Shown: positions 10,010-19,156 of the stretch, in pieces
Numbering within the stretch: position 1 is the stretch's first letter
Layout of the letters: every line of letters starts with the position of its first letter
IMG/VR virus record: IMGVR_UViG_3300025133_005691
Coordinates: 1-44,352 of that record
DNA length: 44,352 nt
Direction: 5' to 3' (one strand)
Source of the DNA: a virus
Taxonomy: Duplodnaviria; Caudoviricetes
Program-made: the position numbers and the translations under genes
The notes under the pieces: generated by a model
The model's database searches: none
What the model saw: the letters and a program-made list of their open reading frames with translations, nothing else
Told to the model about the DNA's origin: nothing

Positions 10010-10038
10010 TTGACATCCCCTAGGGGGGATGGTAAACT
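10010..10038 (+). promoter_or_regulatory. Sigma70-type promoter for the capsid gene with an inverted repeat over the spacer
   Basis: TTGACA-N17-TAAACT; CATCCCC-TAGG-GGGGATG overlaps the spacer. Confidence 0.75.
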
Positions 10039-10116
10039 CCCACTACAGATGTCTAGGAGCAAAAGCATACGATGACATCTCACACTGTTAATTTCACTTT
10101 ACCACGGAGTAAAAAC

Positions 10117-11598
10117 ATGAATCGTATGCTCAACGCAGTCGGAGCCTTGCTCACAGCATGGAACGACACCACTGTCAAGAAGGATGACGACCTTTCCAGC
10201 TTGTCTTTTGATGAACTGAAGGATCGTTTTGAAGCCGTCAACACCGGCATGGAAGAAATTGAAGGCAAATATGACGAAGGAGTATCCAATTACTCTGACG
10301 ATGATACTGATGCCTATCGAAAGCTGTTAGCTGATCAGTCTCGTATTCTGGAAGTCCAGAATGCTCATCCTGAGTCTCTCAAACGAGCCCGTCAGGTTAA
10401 CAACGTAGTTCCTAACGCTGCCAATGTATCTGAAGCCCTCAACACTTTGAGTGGTCGGATTAAGGTCGGCGTAGACAACAGCGTTTACGATCCTAAGGCT
10501 GGCTTCGAAGATGACAGGGATTTCCTGGGTGCAGTCACCAATGTGTACTGCGGTCAAGAGATTGATCCTCGTCTGGCCGCTTACGTACAGAATGCTGTCG
10601 GTACTGATGAGTACTCACGCGGTGACTGGAAGTCTGGTGGGGTTCTTATCCCTAAAGGTTTCCTGAATCGTCTGATTACCTCTCCTATCGAAGAAGATCA
10701 GCTTCTGGGTAAGATGACCAATGTTCCGATGCAGGTTCCTAAACTTGACATCCCGGCACTGGTTGACAAAGACCACAGCACTTCCTTTACTGGGGGTACT
10801 GTAGTCTACAGAACGTCTGAGACTCGAACGGTTGCTAACACCAAGGACCAGTTCGAACAGGTCAGCATGGAAGCTACAGAACTGGTTGGTCAGTCTGCTG
10901 CTACCAAGATGCTCATCAAGTACTCTCCTCTGTCCATCCCTGCTTTGATCTCTTCTTCTCTCCGTACTGCTGTTGAATACAAGCAGCGTGAAGAAATCAT
11001 CACAGGCGATGGTAAGGGTAAGTACCTCGGCTTCTTGAATGATGCTAACGGTGCATTGGTCTCTATCCCCCGAGGTCCTGGTACGGTTGCCAACTCTCTC
11101 ATTATTCGGGGTGAAGACATCCTGCGTATGCGTCAGAGAGTTCACGGTTATGATCAGGCTTGCTGGGTATTCAACTGGGACCTGTTTGAACATGTAGCTC
11201 AGTTGCACATTGAGTCTACTAACAACGCCGGTATCATCAAGTTGTACTCTCCTCCTTCTGGTGACGTACCTGAAACCCTTCTGGGACGACCAATCGTATG
11301 GACTGAGTTCATGCCTGGTATCCAAGCAGGTCAGGATGGTAACACGATTACCGAATGGGGTGACAGCACTTACAGTAGCATCTTTGCTGCTTGTGTTAAC
11401 ATGAGCAACTACTTCCACGGTCAGCTCTATACCGAAGAGAACCATAGTGTTCATGTTCGGTTTGAAGAACGTGAAGAAGTATTCCAATGGGTTCTGTCCG
11501 ATGACGCTCGACCTTCATGGTTGACTTCACTAACACCAAAACGTGGCATCACAGCACGATCACCTTTCGTAGGTCTGATCGCCAGCGACGTTTCATAG
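10117..11598 (+). CDS. Major capsid protein (HK97 fold) with N-terminal scaffold-like region
   Basis: GGVLIPK, IITGDGKGKYLG, TLLGRPIVWTE motifs; start placed at ATG 10117 after GGAG RBS. Confidence 0.9.
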   Translation: MNRMLNAVGALLTAWNDTTVKKDDDLSSLSFDELKDRFEAVNTGMEEIEGKYDEGVSNYSDDDTDAYRKLLADQSRILEVQNAHPESLKRARQVNNVVPNAANVSEALNTLSGRIKVGVDNSVYDPKAGFEDDRDFLGAVTNVYCGQEIDPRLAAYVQNAVGTDEYSRGDWKSGGVLIPKGFLNRLITSPIEEDQLLGKMTNVPMQVPKLDIPALVDKDHSTSFTGGTVVYRTSETRTVANTKDQFEQVSMEATELVGQSAATKMLIKYSPLSIPALISSSLRTAVEYKQREEIITGDGKGKYLGFLNDANGALVSIPRGPGTVANSLIIRGEDILRMRQRVHGYDQACWVFNWDLFEHVAQLHIESTNNAGIIKLYSPPSGDVPETLLGRPIVWTEFMPGIQAGQDGNTITEWGDSTYSSIFAACVNMSNYFHGQLYTEENHSVHVRFEEREEVFQWVLSDDARPSWLTSLTPKRGITARSPFVGLIASDVS

Positions 11599-11615
11599 TC
11601 TTAGGTTGAACCAAC

Positions 11616-11645
11616 GACCCCTTGAATTCTCAGGGGGTCTCTCTT
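11616..11645 (+). terminator. Probable intrinsic terminator after capsid gene
   Basis: GACCCCTTGA-ATTC-TCAGGGGGTC hairpin followed by a pyrimidine tract. Confidence 0.55.
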
Positions 11646-11673
11646 AACTCATTTTCTCATAGGAGAAACAATA

Positions 11674-12132
11674 ATGGTTTTGCGTTACACTGAAATGCAG
11701 TCCACATTGAAAGTCGAAGTTCAGGGCGAGACTGCCATGACTGCGGGTCCTGATGACATCAAGATCATCGACCTGACGGCAGCACCTTATGCCCACGGCT
11801 TTCATTACATCGCTCTGGTTATCCAGAACGCAGCTTTGACTGGAGTAGCTTCCTTGACCGTAGCAGGTAACACTGCTGCTAACGGAAGTGGTACTGACAC
11901 CGTACTTGCTACGATGTCTCTCCCTATCGATGCCGATGGTGAACACGTACTGGAAGTTACTCATGAACTCATGAGTCAGTTCTCAGATCGTGCTGCCGCC
12001 GGTACTGACTTCAAGTCCTTGGTGTTTGCCATCGATGGTACTAACACTGACACGATTGATTCAGTAACCATTGCTCGATGTATGCAGCGGGAAGACGGAC
12101 TGACTCCTGCAGATGTCACTACGGTTACGTAG
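11674..12132 (+). CDS. Putative capsid decoration/minor head protein
   Basis: Strong AGGAG RBS, Ala/Thr-rich, directly after MCP. Confidence 0.6.
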   Translation: MVLRYTEMQSTLKVEVQGETAMTAGPDDIKIIDLTAAPYAHGFHYIALVIQNAALTGVASLTVAGNTAANGSGTDTVLATMSLPIDADGEHVLEVTHELMSQFSDRAAAGTDFKSLVFAIDGTNTDTIDSVTIARCMQREDGLTPADVTTVT

Positions 12133-12160
12133 GAAGCAACCTCTTTGGAGGAAGCAAGTG

Positions 12161-12203
12161 TGGACGGTATGGGTTCGGGGAGTGCTCGTACCGTCCATTT
12201 TTC
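12161..12203 (+). terminator. Intrinsic terminator
   Basis: TGGACGGTA...TACCGTCCA stem followed by TTTTT. Confidence 0.75.
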
Positions 12204-12216
12204 ATAAGGGGTTACA

Positions 12217-12867
12217 ATGCCAGCTACCATCGACTACACAACTGAACCTAACCTCACAACCCTGTTCAACACAGTAGCCATTAATGAAGCTACGTTGTAT
12301 ATGGGCCTTGATCCTGCTGTAGCTAAAGAATTCCAACCAGCCGACGTTGAGAAGTACCTGCTGGAAAGCCTTCATACAATTGAAACATACCAGGCAAGTG
12401 TGATACTTCAGAAGACAGTCACTCTAGACCTGCCTTACAAAGCTCTGTGCCGACATGATGGTAAGATCTATCTGCCTTATGGGGTAATAGACTCAACTTC
12501 TGTAGTAGCCTCTTTCTATGAGACAACTACCGGAGATCCTGGAGACCTTGCCAGGACTCGCACTGCGATCACCAACGCCGACTTCGTAACAGACGCCAAC
12601 TACCCTGCTTCCCTCTACAGCGACAACTGGTCGGACTTGACTCCTGACATTGATAATGAGATGCCTCTCCCTTTCCGAGTGGTCTATACCGCAGGGTACT
12701 CTTCGTTCGCAGAGCTACCTGTCTCCATCTTTACAGCAATGAAGGTTCTCTCTTACTTCACTTTCACCAATCGTGGTGAGTCTAACATGGAACTCCCTGA
12801 CGCGTATCACCATTACGCTGACCAGAACATGCTCACCCATCGAGAGGTTCAGGAGTACATCTTATGA
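12217..12867 (+). CDS. Head-tail adaptor (gp6/gp15-like)
   Basis: VVYTAGY...LP..I..A...L..F.NRG motif and gene position. Confidence 0.75.
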   Translation: MPATIDYTTEPNLTTLFNTVAINEATLYMGLDPAVAKEFQPADVEKYLLESLHTIETYQASVILQKTVTLDLPYKALCRHDGKIYLPYGVIDSTSVVASFYETTTGDPGDLARTRTAITNADFVTDANYPASLYSDNWSDLTPDIDNEMPLPFRVVYTAGYSSFAELPVSIFTAMKVLSYFTFTNRGESNMELPDAYHHYADQNMLTHREVQEYIL

Positions 12868-13259
12868 AAAAGCGACATGCAAGAGTTCCTAGATACAGGT
12901 TCTTCTTCTATGCTCGCAATGAGGAACCTGATCAATACGGTGAAGTCGATGACACATACACTTGTATTGTCTCCGGCTTTTTCTCAAGAGAGAAGGCTCG
13001 TAGACCTTTGGAGATAGCAGACGCTTCTGCTACCATCAATGAAATACAATACGTTCTGGAAGGGGAGTACCTGAAGAGGTACTTCGATGTAGTTACAGTT
13101 GAGATGTTAGCTTGGTGCCCTCAGACTGACAAAGTCTACGAAGTCATCGGGGAGCCCATAGACAATATGGGAAACAACAGGAAGACCATGATCTATGTGG
13201 TGGACAATGTAAGACGAGTCATTGATACGTCAACCCTCTCTACGGAGTTCACCAACTAG
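12864..13259 (+). CDS. Head closure protein (SPP1 gp16-like)
   Basis: PDQYGE and YEVIGEP motifs, gene position. Confidence 0.6.
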   Translation: MKKRHARVPRYRFFFYARNEEPDQYGEVDDTYTCIVSGFFSREKARRPLEIADASATINEIQYVLEGEYLKRYFDVVTVEMLAWCPQTDKVYEVIGEPIDNMGNNRKTMIYVVDNVRRVIDTSTLSTEFTN

Positions 13260-13907
13260 ATGGTCCTTCCTAAGACAAAGATATCAATGGAAGTCCCCAA
13301 AGACCTTCTATTGAAACTGAGAGTTCTCAATGGGGCTAAGGGTAATGAACTCATGAGGAATGCTCTGAAGTCCGCTCAGAGACCTCCTGTGAAGTCATTG
13401 AAGGGTATGGTGAGGAGAATCAAGGATCACTCTGATCAGTCCACTGGGGCTACCTTCAGAGCGATCTCACAGAAGGTTAGCTTCCCCAGTAAGAAGACTC
13501 CTGGTAGGGGCTACATGCTGGCAGGAATCGACTGGGAGTACCTGGAGAAGCATCACAAGACTACCAGAGACATTGCTGCTCGTTCAGGACAGAAGAAATT
13601 TCGTAGGTTCACTGGAACGACAAACACAGGCAGGAGAGCAAGAGGTGTTAACCAGAAACTGACTAAGAAGTATGTCATCTCCTACCAAAAGAGGAGTCTC
13701 CGAAAGTACAAAGGACAGACATCTCAAAGAAACAGACCTGGAGCTTACTGGCATATCCTTGAAGGTGGTTGGAAGAACAGAAGAGTAAAACGTCCTTGGT
13801 CTGGTTACAAGTTCGTAGAGAAGGCTTTCAGAGATACTAAACCAGAAATGTTCAAAGCATTTTTTGGTAATCTACAAGGCGGGATGGAACGGGAGTTTAA
13901 GAAATGA
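13260..13907 (+). CDS. Tail completion/neck protein (HK97 gp10-like)
   Basis: Very basic, YWHILEGG motif, gene position. Confidence 0.7.
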   Translation: MVLPKTKISMEVPKDLLLKLRVLNGAKGNELMRNALKSAQRPPVKSLKGMVRRIKDHSDQSTGATFRAISQKVSFPSKKTPGRGYMLAGIDWEYLEKHHKTTRDIAARSGQKKFRRFTGTTNTGRRARGVNQKLTKKYVISYQKRSLRKYKGQTSQRNRPGAYWHILEGGWKNRRVKRPWSGYKFVEKAFRDTKPEMFKAFFGNLQGGMEREFKK

Positions 13908-14344
13908 GCCTGAACCTTAATCCTTTACTTGTAGACCTACAGACCCTCTTGGAGACTAACTCTGCCTCAGTAAAAGTCTATCGGGAAGAGTCTGTTCCTG
14001 TTACCTGCGACCCTAATGCTGGATATCTTGCTTGGAACTTTGATGTTAACCACTTTGATAAGTGTTCAGTTAAGTATACCAATCAGGTATACGCTGACTT
14101 TGAAGTGGTTATCTATGCTAGAGAAAGGCCGGTTCGTTCAACCTTAATTGATTCCATGCTGGATATACTTGCCCCTGAATCTGCAGGTGACAGAGATGAC
14201 TTCGCCCCGACCGCCTTAGCTTCTACGTTCATTCACTACTGTACTCTCTTCGATCAGTTCGAAGTCTTCACTGAAAAGACTGGGCACGGTTCCCCCGACG
14301 TTCCCGGCATCTCATACTCGTTCAACATTAAAGCATCACTCTAG
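13904..14344 (+). CDS. Tail terminator protein (putative)
   Basis: Size and position before the major tail gene. Confidence 0.55.
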   Translation: MSLNLNPLLVDLQTLLETNSASVKVYREESVPVTCDPNAGYLAWNFDVNHFDKCSVKYTNQVYADFEVVIYARERPVRSTLIDSMLDILAPESAGDRDDFAPTALASTFIHYCTLFDQFEVFTEKTGHGSPDVPGISYSFNIKASL

Positions 14345-14355
14345 GAGTTAAAACA

Positions 14356-14850
14356 ATGGGATCACCCCGTGACACAAGCCGTGCAACAATTGATTTTCCT
14401 GATGTAGACATCACAGGTTCAGGTACTATCGAAGGTGGGTTTGAAGCCTGTGTCTTCGCTGGTCCCACCTGGTCTGGATTCAGTAAACCAGAAACTGAGA
14501 TTACCTGCTCTGCAGATACTGTAGACGTATGGGGTAACCTTATTCGTACCTTCCGTAATGGTACGATGATTGATATGGGTACGCTTACCGTAACCATCGA
14601 CTGGGACATTGACAACACCACAGGTGGAGACGCTTACGGTATGTTCATGTCTATCCCTGGAGGCAACTTTGTCTTTACGCTTCCTGCAGAAGGTGCAGAG
14701 ACTGCTGGTCCTATCATCACCATCCCCGGTATCATTACTAATATGACACCTCAAGGTGAGTTGGTATCAGAAGGTGAAGCCTCTCGTTTCCTGGCTGAAG
14801 TAGTTATCAAGATCACCGGAGCCATCAGCTTCACTGCTCCAACCTCGTAG
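14356..14850 (+). CDS. Major tail tube protein
   Basis: AGGAG RBS; IDMGTLTVTIDWD and terminal IKITGA motifs; precedes the chaperone frameshift. Confidence 0.75.
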   Translation: MGSPRDTSRATIDFPDVDITGSGTIEGGFEACVFAGPTWSGFSKPETEITCSADTVDVWGNLIRTFRNGTMIDMGTLTVTIDWDIDNTTGGDAYGMFMSIPGGNFVFTLPAEGAETAGPIITIPGIITNMTPQGELVSEGEASRFLAEVVIKITGAISFTAPTS

Positions 14851-14898
14851 TCGGAATGACTCCCCTACTCCCTCTCCTTTTCTCCCTGAAAGAAGATC

Positions 14899-15354
14899 AT
14901 GATTCCTCAACTCAGAACTGTAACCCTGGATGGCAAAGAAGTAACTGATGAGAAAGAGTTCCTCAAGGAGTTCTCTACCTCGGTATACATCGCCCTCTAC
15001 GACAAATGGAACAGTTGTGACGATGCTAACATAAGAAAGCTAACCACTCTCTTGTACCGTTCCACTTGTCTCCTGTTGTCTCTCTGGAAGGATAACAAAC
15101 CTTATCTCTGGGAGTTTGCCACTAAGTGGTACGAACAACAACCAGTAGCCGAAGGTGACGAAGATAAAACAGTGAAGATACTACCCTTATCCTTGCCTGC
15201 CATGATGAGGGTGATTACTCCTAACGACTTTGTTAAGATGGTAGACGACTTCGCAGACGAACTTCCTAAAGACTACCTGGAAGCAAAATGTGCAATCCTG
15301 GATGAAACCATAGCTCCCCTGTCTGACGAGAAACAACAAGCGGAAAAAAACTGA
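14899..15354 (+). CDS. Tail assembly chaperone (gpG-like)
   Basis: Ends GAA AAA AAC TGA; lies between tail tube and tape measure. Confidence 0.8.
   Translation: MIPQLRTVTLDGKEVTDEKEFLKEFSTSVYIALYDKWNSCDDANIRKLTTLLYRSTCLLLSLWKDNKPYLWEFATKWYEQQPVAEGDEDKTVKILPLSLPAMMRVITPNDFVKMVDDFADELPKDYLEAKCAILDETIAPLSDEKQQAEKN
15345..15351 (+). other. Programmed -1 ribosomal frameshift site
   Basis: A AAA AAC slippery heptamer; the -1 frame is open (LIRPGDDEWFR) into ORF 15384-15701. Confidence 0.85.
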
Positions 15355-15701
15355 TACGCCCTGGGGATGACGAATGGTTCCGAATGTTCCTTTCGTCTCG
15401 CTGGGGCAAACCTGCTTATGAGATTGATCTTCTTCCTACCAGCGAATTCATACGGCAGAAGGTTTTCTGGGAGAAGTTCAAATGGGGGCAGGAAGATGAC
15501 ATGTCTGCAATGATTATGTCACAGGTTCTGGGAATCAGATCAGGTAAACCTCCCTCTGGTGATGACTTCAATTGGAAAGATCTTGCTCTGGACCATTCAG
15601 GTAAGAAAATAAGGACTCTAGCATCCAGTAACCCTTCGGCTATTCGTCGAGGGTTTATGGCAATCAGAGGTGCTCTGTCCTCATTAGCAGGTAAAAAATA
15701 A
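15351..15701 (+). CDS. Frameshifted C-terminal part of tail chaperone (gpGT-like)
   Basis: Open -1 frame from the slippery site to TAA overlapping the tape measure ATG. Confidence 0.75.
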   Translation: MIRPGDDEWFRMFLSSRWGKPAYEIDLLPTSEFIRQKVFWEKFKWGQEDDMSAMIMSQVLGIRSGKPPSGDDFNWKDLALDHSGKKIRTLASSNPSAIRRGFMAIRGALSSLAGKK

Positions 15702-17380
15702 TGGCCGCACCTTCTCTTGCTGAAATATCTGTTAAGTTTACCGTTGATCAACGGGACGCTGTAAACGGATTTCTAAACTATGAAAAGAGAATCAAGAGAC
15801 TGCTTCAGGTCAAGAAGACCTTAGAGGCAGCTCAAGGTGATACTTCTGAGATTGATGCTGAGATCGCGGCACTGCGGGATCTTCAATTAGAACTTGCCAA
15901 GACCAGTAACCTGTCTGGGAACTTTGGCAAGACGAATAAGAAGATGACCGAGGACATGAATGCCGCTACCGAGGGTAGTGGGAAGATGTCCCAAGCATTC
16001 GGTCAGGCCGCTTTCGGGGTGGAAGACTTCTTTGCTGGCTTTGAAACAGGAGGGCTCAAAGGAGGTCTCCGAGGTGCAGCGAACAACTTCTCTATGGTCG
16101 CCCGTATTCTTGCTGGTCCTCTTGCCGGTGGTATGATCGGTATCGGTCTCGTATCCATCCCCCTCCTGGTTAAAGCCTTTGGAGGAGCTAAAGAAGCAAC
16201 TGACGACTGGGCAGCTTCTCTTGAGAATCTCATCAAGGTTAAACAACGCCAGATAGATCAATTCGATAAGGAGAAGGATCATGAGAAAGAGATCCAGAAC
16301 CTGAAAGAAGAAACAGGATCTGTAGCTGCTCTTACCAAAAAATTGGAAGAACTGGAGACAGAAAGAGAAAAAGCATTAAACTTCTTGAAGAAGCAAAAGG
16401 AACTTAGGGAAGGTTTAGCTACAGCGAAAGGAGTCAACCCTATTGACTTTGGTTTCGCTGGAGGGAAACAGATCCTCTCGGATGAAATCAATGAAGCATT
16501 AGGTATAGGAGGATTAGCAGACGGCACGGGGCTTTTGGCTGGAGAAGAAACTAAGAAGATAGCAGAGCAACTTAAATCTGATCTACAAGCTGCGATAGAC
16601 ATTGCTGCTCAGAGTTTAGAGTCTACTCCAGAGAACGCGGTTTCTATTGGTAAAGTTCTTGCTGCTGATTATGATAGAGCATTCGATGCTGCACAAGCAG
16701 AGCTACGACGCACTGGAGGAGACGGTCCTGCAGGTTTATTTGCCCAACTAGCTGGGCTGGAAGGAGTTCAACACGGACTTGGTTTAGATCATGCAGTAGA
16801 TTCCTCCTTAGCCGTCTTGAATAATTTGGAGAACCTTCAAGAAATTCAGGATAAAGCAAGAGAGTCATCAGAGCAATCTGTAGAAAAACAAGATGAGCTT
16901 GTTAAGATGACAGAGAAGGAGAAAACCCTTCGAGAAGAGATCTTACAAGCTAGAGAAAGGGAAGCTGCTGTTGCTCAAGAGAGCTTAGACGAACTTATCA
17001 TAGCTGGACAATCTCCTCTCCAGCAAATCATTCAGAAGGTTGTTGATGAAAGGAAGAAGCTAGAAGAGATCTTTGATAAGACCTCCGGCTCTCCTGAAGC
17101 ACAGGACGCTCTCCTCCGTGCCAGCAACGCCAGCCTTTCCCGTCATCTTGATTCTCTAAAGAAACAAGTAGAGAAGAACAACAAAATCATTTCCAGTAAA
17201 GGGTTGTCTGTCTCCGGTCCTAACAAAAGAGAGACTGCTGCTCTAGCTACTATTCTGGCTAAGTCTCAAATGGAGAAAGCTAAAGATGATACAGACAAGA
17301 ACAAAGATGTAGTCGATGCCATTACTCACCTGGAAGACGTAATGGCAAACAGAACTATTCTTGCTGTACCTTCTCCTTAA
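15701..17380 (+). CDS. Tape measure protein (short, 559 aa)
   Basis: Ala/Glu/Lys-rich helical protein with a Gly-rich hydrophobic segment, directly after the chaperones. Confidence 0.85.
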   Translation: MAAPSLAEISVKFTVDQRDAVNGFLNYEKRIKRLLQVKKTLEAAQGDTSEIDAEIAALRDLQLELAKTSNLSGNFGKTNKKMTEDMNAATEGSGKMSQAFGQAAFGVEDFFAGFETGGLKGGLRGAANNFSMVARILAGPLAGGMIGIGLVSIPLLVKAFGGAKEATDDWAASLENLIKVKQRQIDQFDKEKDHEKEIQNLKEETGSVAALTKKLEELETEREKALNFLKKQKELREGLATAKGVNPIDFGFAGGKQILSDEINEALGIGGLADGTGLLAGEETKKIAEQLKSDLQAAIDIAAQSLESTPENAVSIGKVLAADYDRAFDAAQAELRRTGGDGPAGLFAQLAGLEGVQHGLGLDHAVDSSLAVLNNLENLQEIQDKARESSEQSVEKQDELVKMTEKEKTLREEILQAREREAAVAQESLDELIIAGQSPLQQIIQKVVDERKKLEEIFDKTSGSPEAQDALLRASNASLSRHLDSLKKQVEKNNKIISSKGLSVSGPNKRETAALATILAKSQMEKAKDDTDKNKDVVDAITHLEDVMANRTILAVPSP

Positions 17381-17398
17381 TAATTCAAGAGAGATCAA

Positions 17399-18505
17399 AT
17401 GCCTACTATCACTAAAATACATGGGTATCAGAGAAATGCTACTTCCATATCAATAGGACCTCAGACCAATGTGTCTAAAGAGGTTCTCTTGGTAGAGGCT
17501 GAGTCTCCGTTGTCTTCAATGGAAGACATTAGACTAGCCTTGCCTTCCTTCGCTTCAGGTCCAGGTACAGTAGCCTTAAACCCCCTTCAGATTACCTTCA
17601 CCTTAAACCAGTCCCGGCATTACGACAACGGCCATGTTCTGGAACAAGTGTCAGCAGGTAAACGTACCAACACTCATGGTAACTTCTGGGAATTCCCTTT
17701 AACCTATTCTGTGGGTGGAACTGGGGCTATCCACCTCCTCACCCCTCAGACTATTCCTAATGAAAAGAGAAAAGACCAGAAGGTAGAGAAGCCTGACTCT
17801 ACTACCGCTGCTGATAACGATCCTATTATAGATCCTACAAGCAGACCTCCTATCTTCACTGGAAGTAGTAAGATCGTTATGAGGAAGTCTCTTCATGATT
17901 TGGACGGTAAGATCATCCGACATACAAATGGTCTCCCTATCACTAAGCCTATAGCTATCCCAGTAGTCCACAAGAGTTGGTCCTGGGAGTGGAACATACT
18001 TGCTTCGGCTTACGATGAAGCAGACTTCGATGTCATTGCTAACAAAACCAATTCAGTAGCTTTAGTAGTTCCTCAAGGTACTGGGGATACCTATACCATC
18101 CCTATCAATCGTATCAAATGTATGGGGTTCAGTCAGAAGGAAGTATGGGAAACACCAGACGGAGGAGCCCAGGAGTTTCACTACGTTAAGATCACAGGGA
18201 ACTTCGAAGTCAAAGACGATCCGTATGACCTACCTCCTGCTTCCCTCCATACTAAACAGTTATTCAACTCCCTATCTGATGAGCTTCGTCCTATCGAGAT
18301 AAACGAAAGAGGGGATAAGGCTAAAGATCCTTGGCCGCTTGATCCTAACGGAGTAGCTGTTAGTTACGCAGACCTTCCAACAGCAGTGGAAGCTGATTTT
18401 GGAGTACTCCAAGCTGATGGAGCAGATCTGGTAACTGTAAAGTCAGTTAGCTTTAACGCTTTCTTTTCAACTCATGCTCTTGAACTTCCTGGAGATCAGT
18501 CATGA
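17399..18505 (+). CDS. Putative tail tip/baseplate protein
   Basis: 368-aa ORF immediately after tape measure. Confidence 0.6.
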   Translation: MPTITKIHGYQRNATSISIGPQTNVSKEVLLVEAESPLSSMEDIRLALPSFASGPGTVALNPLQITFTLNQSRHYDNGHVLEQVSAGKRTNTHGNFWEFPLTYSVGGTGAIHLLTPQTIPNEKRKDQKVEKPDSTTAADNDPIIDPTSRPPIFTGSSKIVMRKSLHDLDGKIIRHTNGLPITKPIAIPVVHKSWSWEWNILASAYDEADFDVIANKTNSVALVVPQGTGDTYTIPINRIKCMGFSQKEVWETPDGGAQEFHYVKITGNFEVKDDPYDLPPASLHTKQLFNSLSDELRPIEINERGDKAKDPWPLDPNGVAVSYADLPTAVEADFGVLQADGADLVTVKSVSFNAFFSTHALELPGDQS

Positions 18506-19155
18506 GCTTTGGTCTCTACAGCAAAGACCGTGCTGATGCGATGGCACGATGGTACGATGCTCAACAGACAGGAGAAGAAGGTCCGTACTTTGAAGAGGTA
18601 CATGATACCTTTGAGTGGTACTACGTTAAGTTAAAACAAGATCTGGATGCTGCCTCTGATCCTCTTACCGGATACACAGAAGCGACTGCTCAGATAGTCA
18701 AGTACGCCAACACGGCTGATAACAAGGACCGTGAACTGGTAACCAATGCCAACTTTGACATCACGGTCACCAATCGTGGAACGGACATCTCTGCTTCCTC
18801 CGGCGACTACTTCTGGGTAAGAGAAATTGGAGCAGAGTACGTTCCGTTCCTTGGGGGTGGTGGAGGTGGTGGCTCTCAAATTGGTTTCGTCATTACGGAT
18901 GCGGATTGCGTCCCCAGTGCTGGAACAGTCTATACTGAACTAGCCTCCATTGATAGATACACTGGATGCGGAGACCCTCCAGGAGTAGACGACTACACTG
19001 GAGAATACGAGATTGAAGATTACTTCAACCTCATGGGAGATCTCACTGACGAACAGTTGATAGGGAAGAAAGCCTTAGCTATCTACTGGAACAACAATCC
19101 TGCTTGTATACCTCATTGGGAGCTACTAATGGTAGATTGGACTGGAGGCTGTTAA
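18502..19155 (+). CDS. Putative tail protein with Gly6 linker
   Basis: ATGA-coupled, acidic, LGGGGGGGS hinge. Confidence 0.6.
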   Translation: MSFGLYSKDRADAMARWYDAQQTGEEGPYFEEVHDTFEWYYVKLKQDLDAASDPLTGYTEATAQIVKYANTADNKDRELVTNANFDITVTNRGTDISASSGDYFWVREIGAEYVPFLGGGGGGGSQIGFVITDADCVPSAGTVYTELASIDRYTGCGDPPGVDDYTGEYEIEDYFNLMGDLTDEQLIGKKALAIYWNNNPACIPHWELLMVDWTGGC

Positions 19156-19156
19156 A

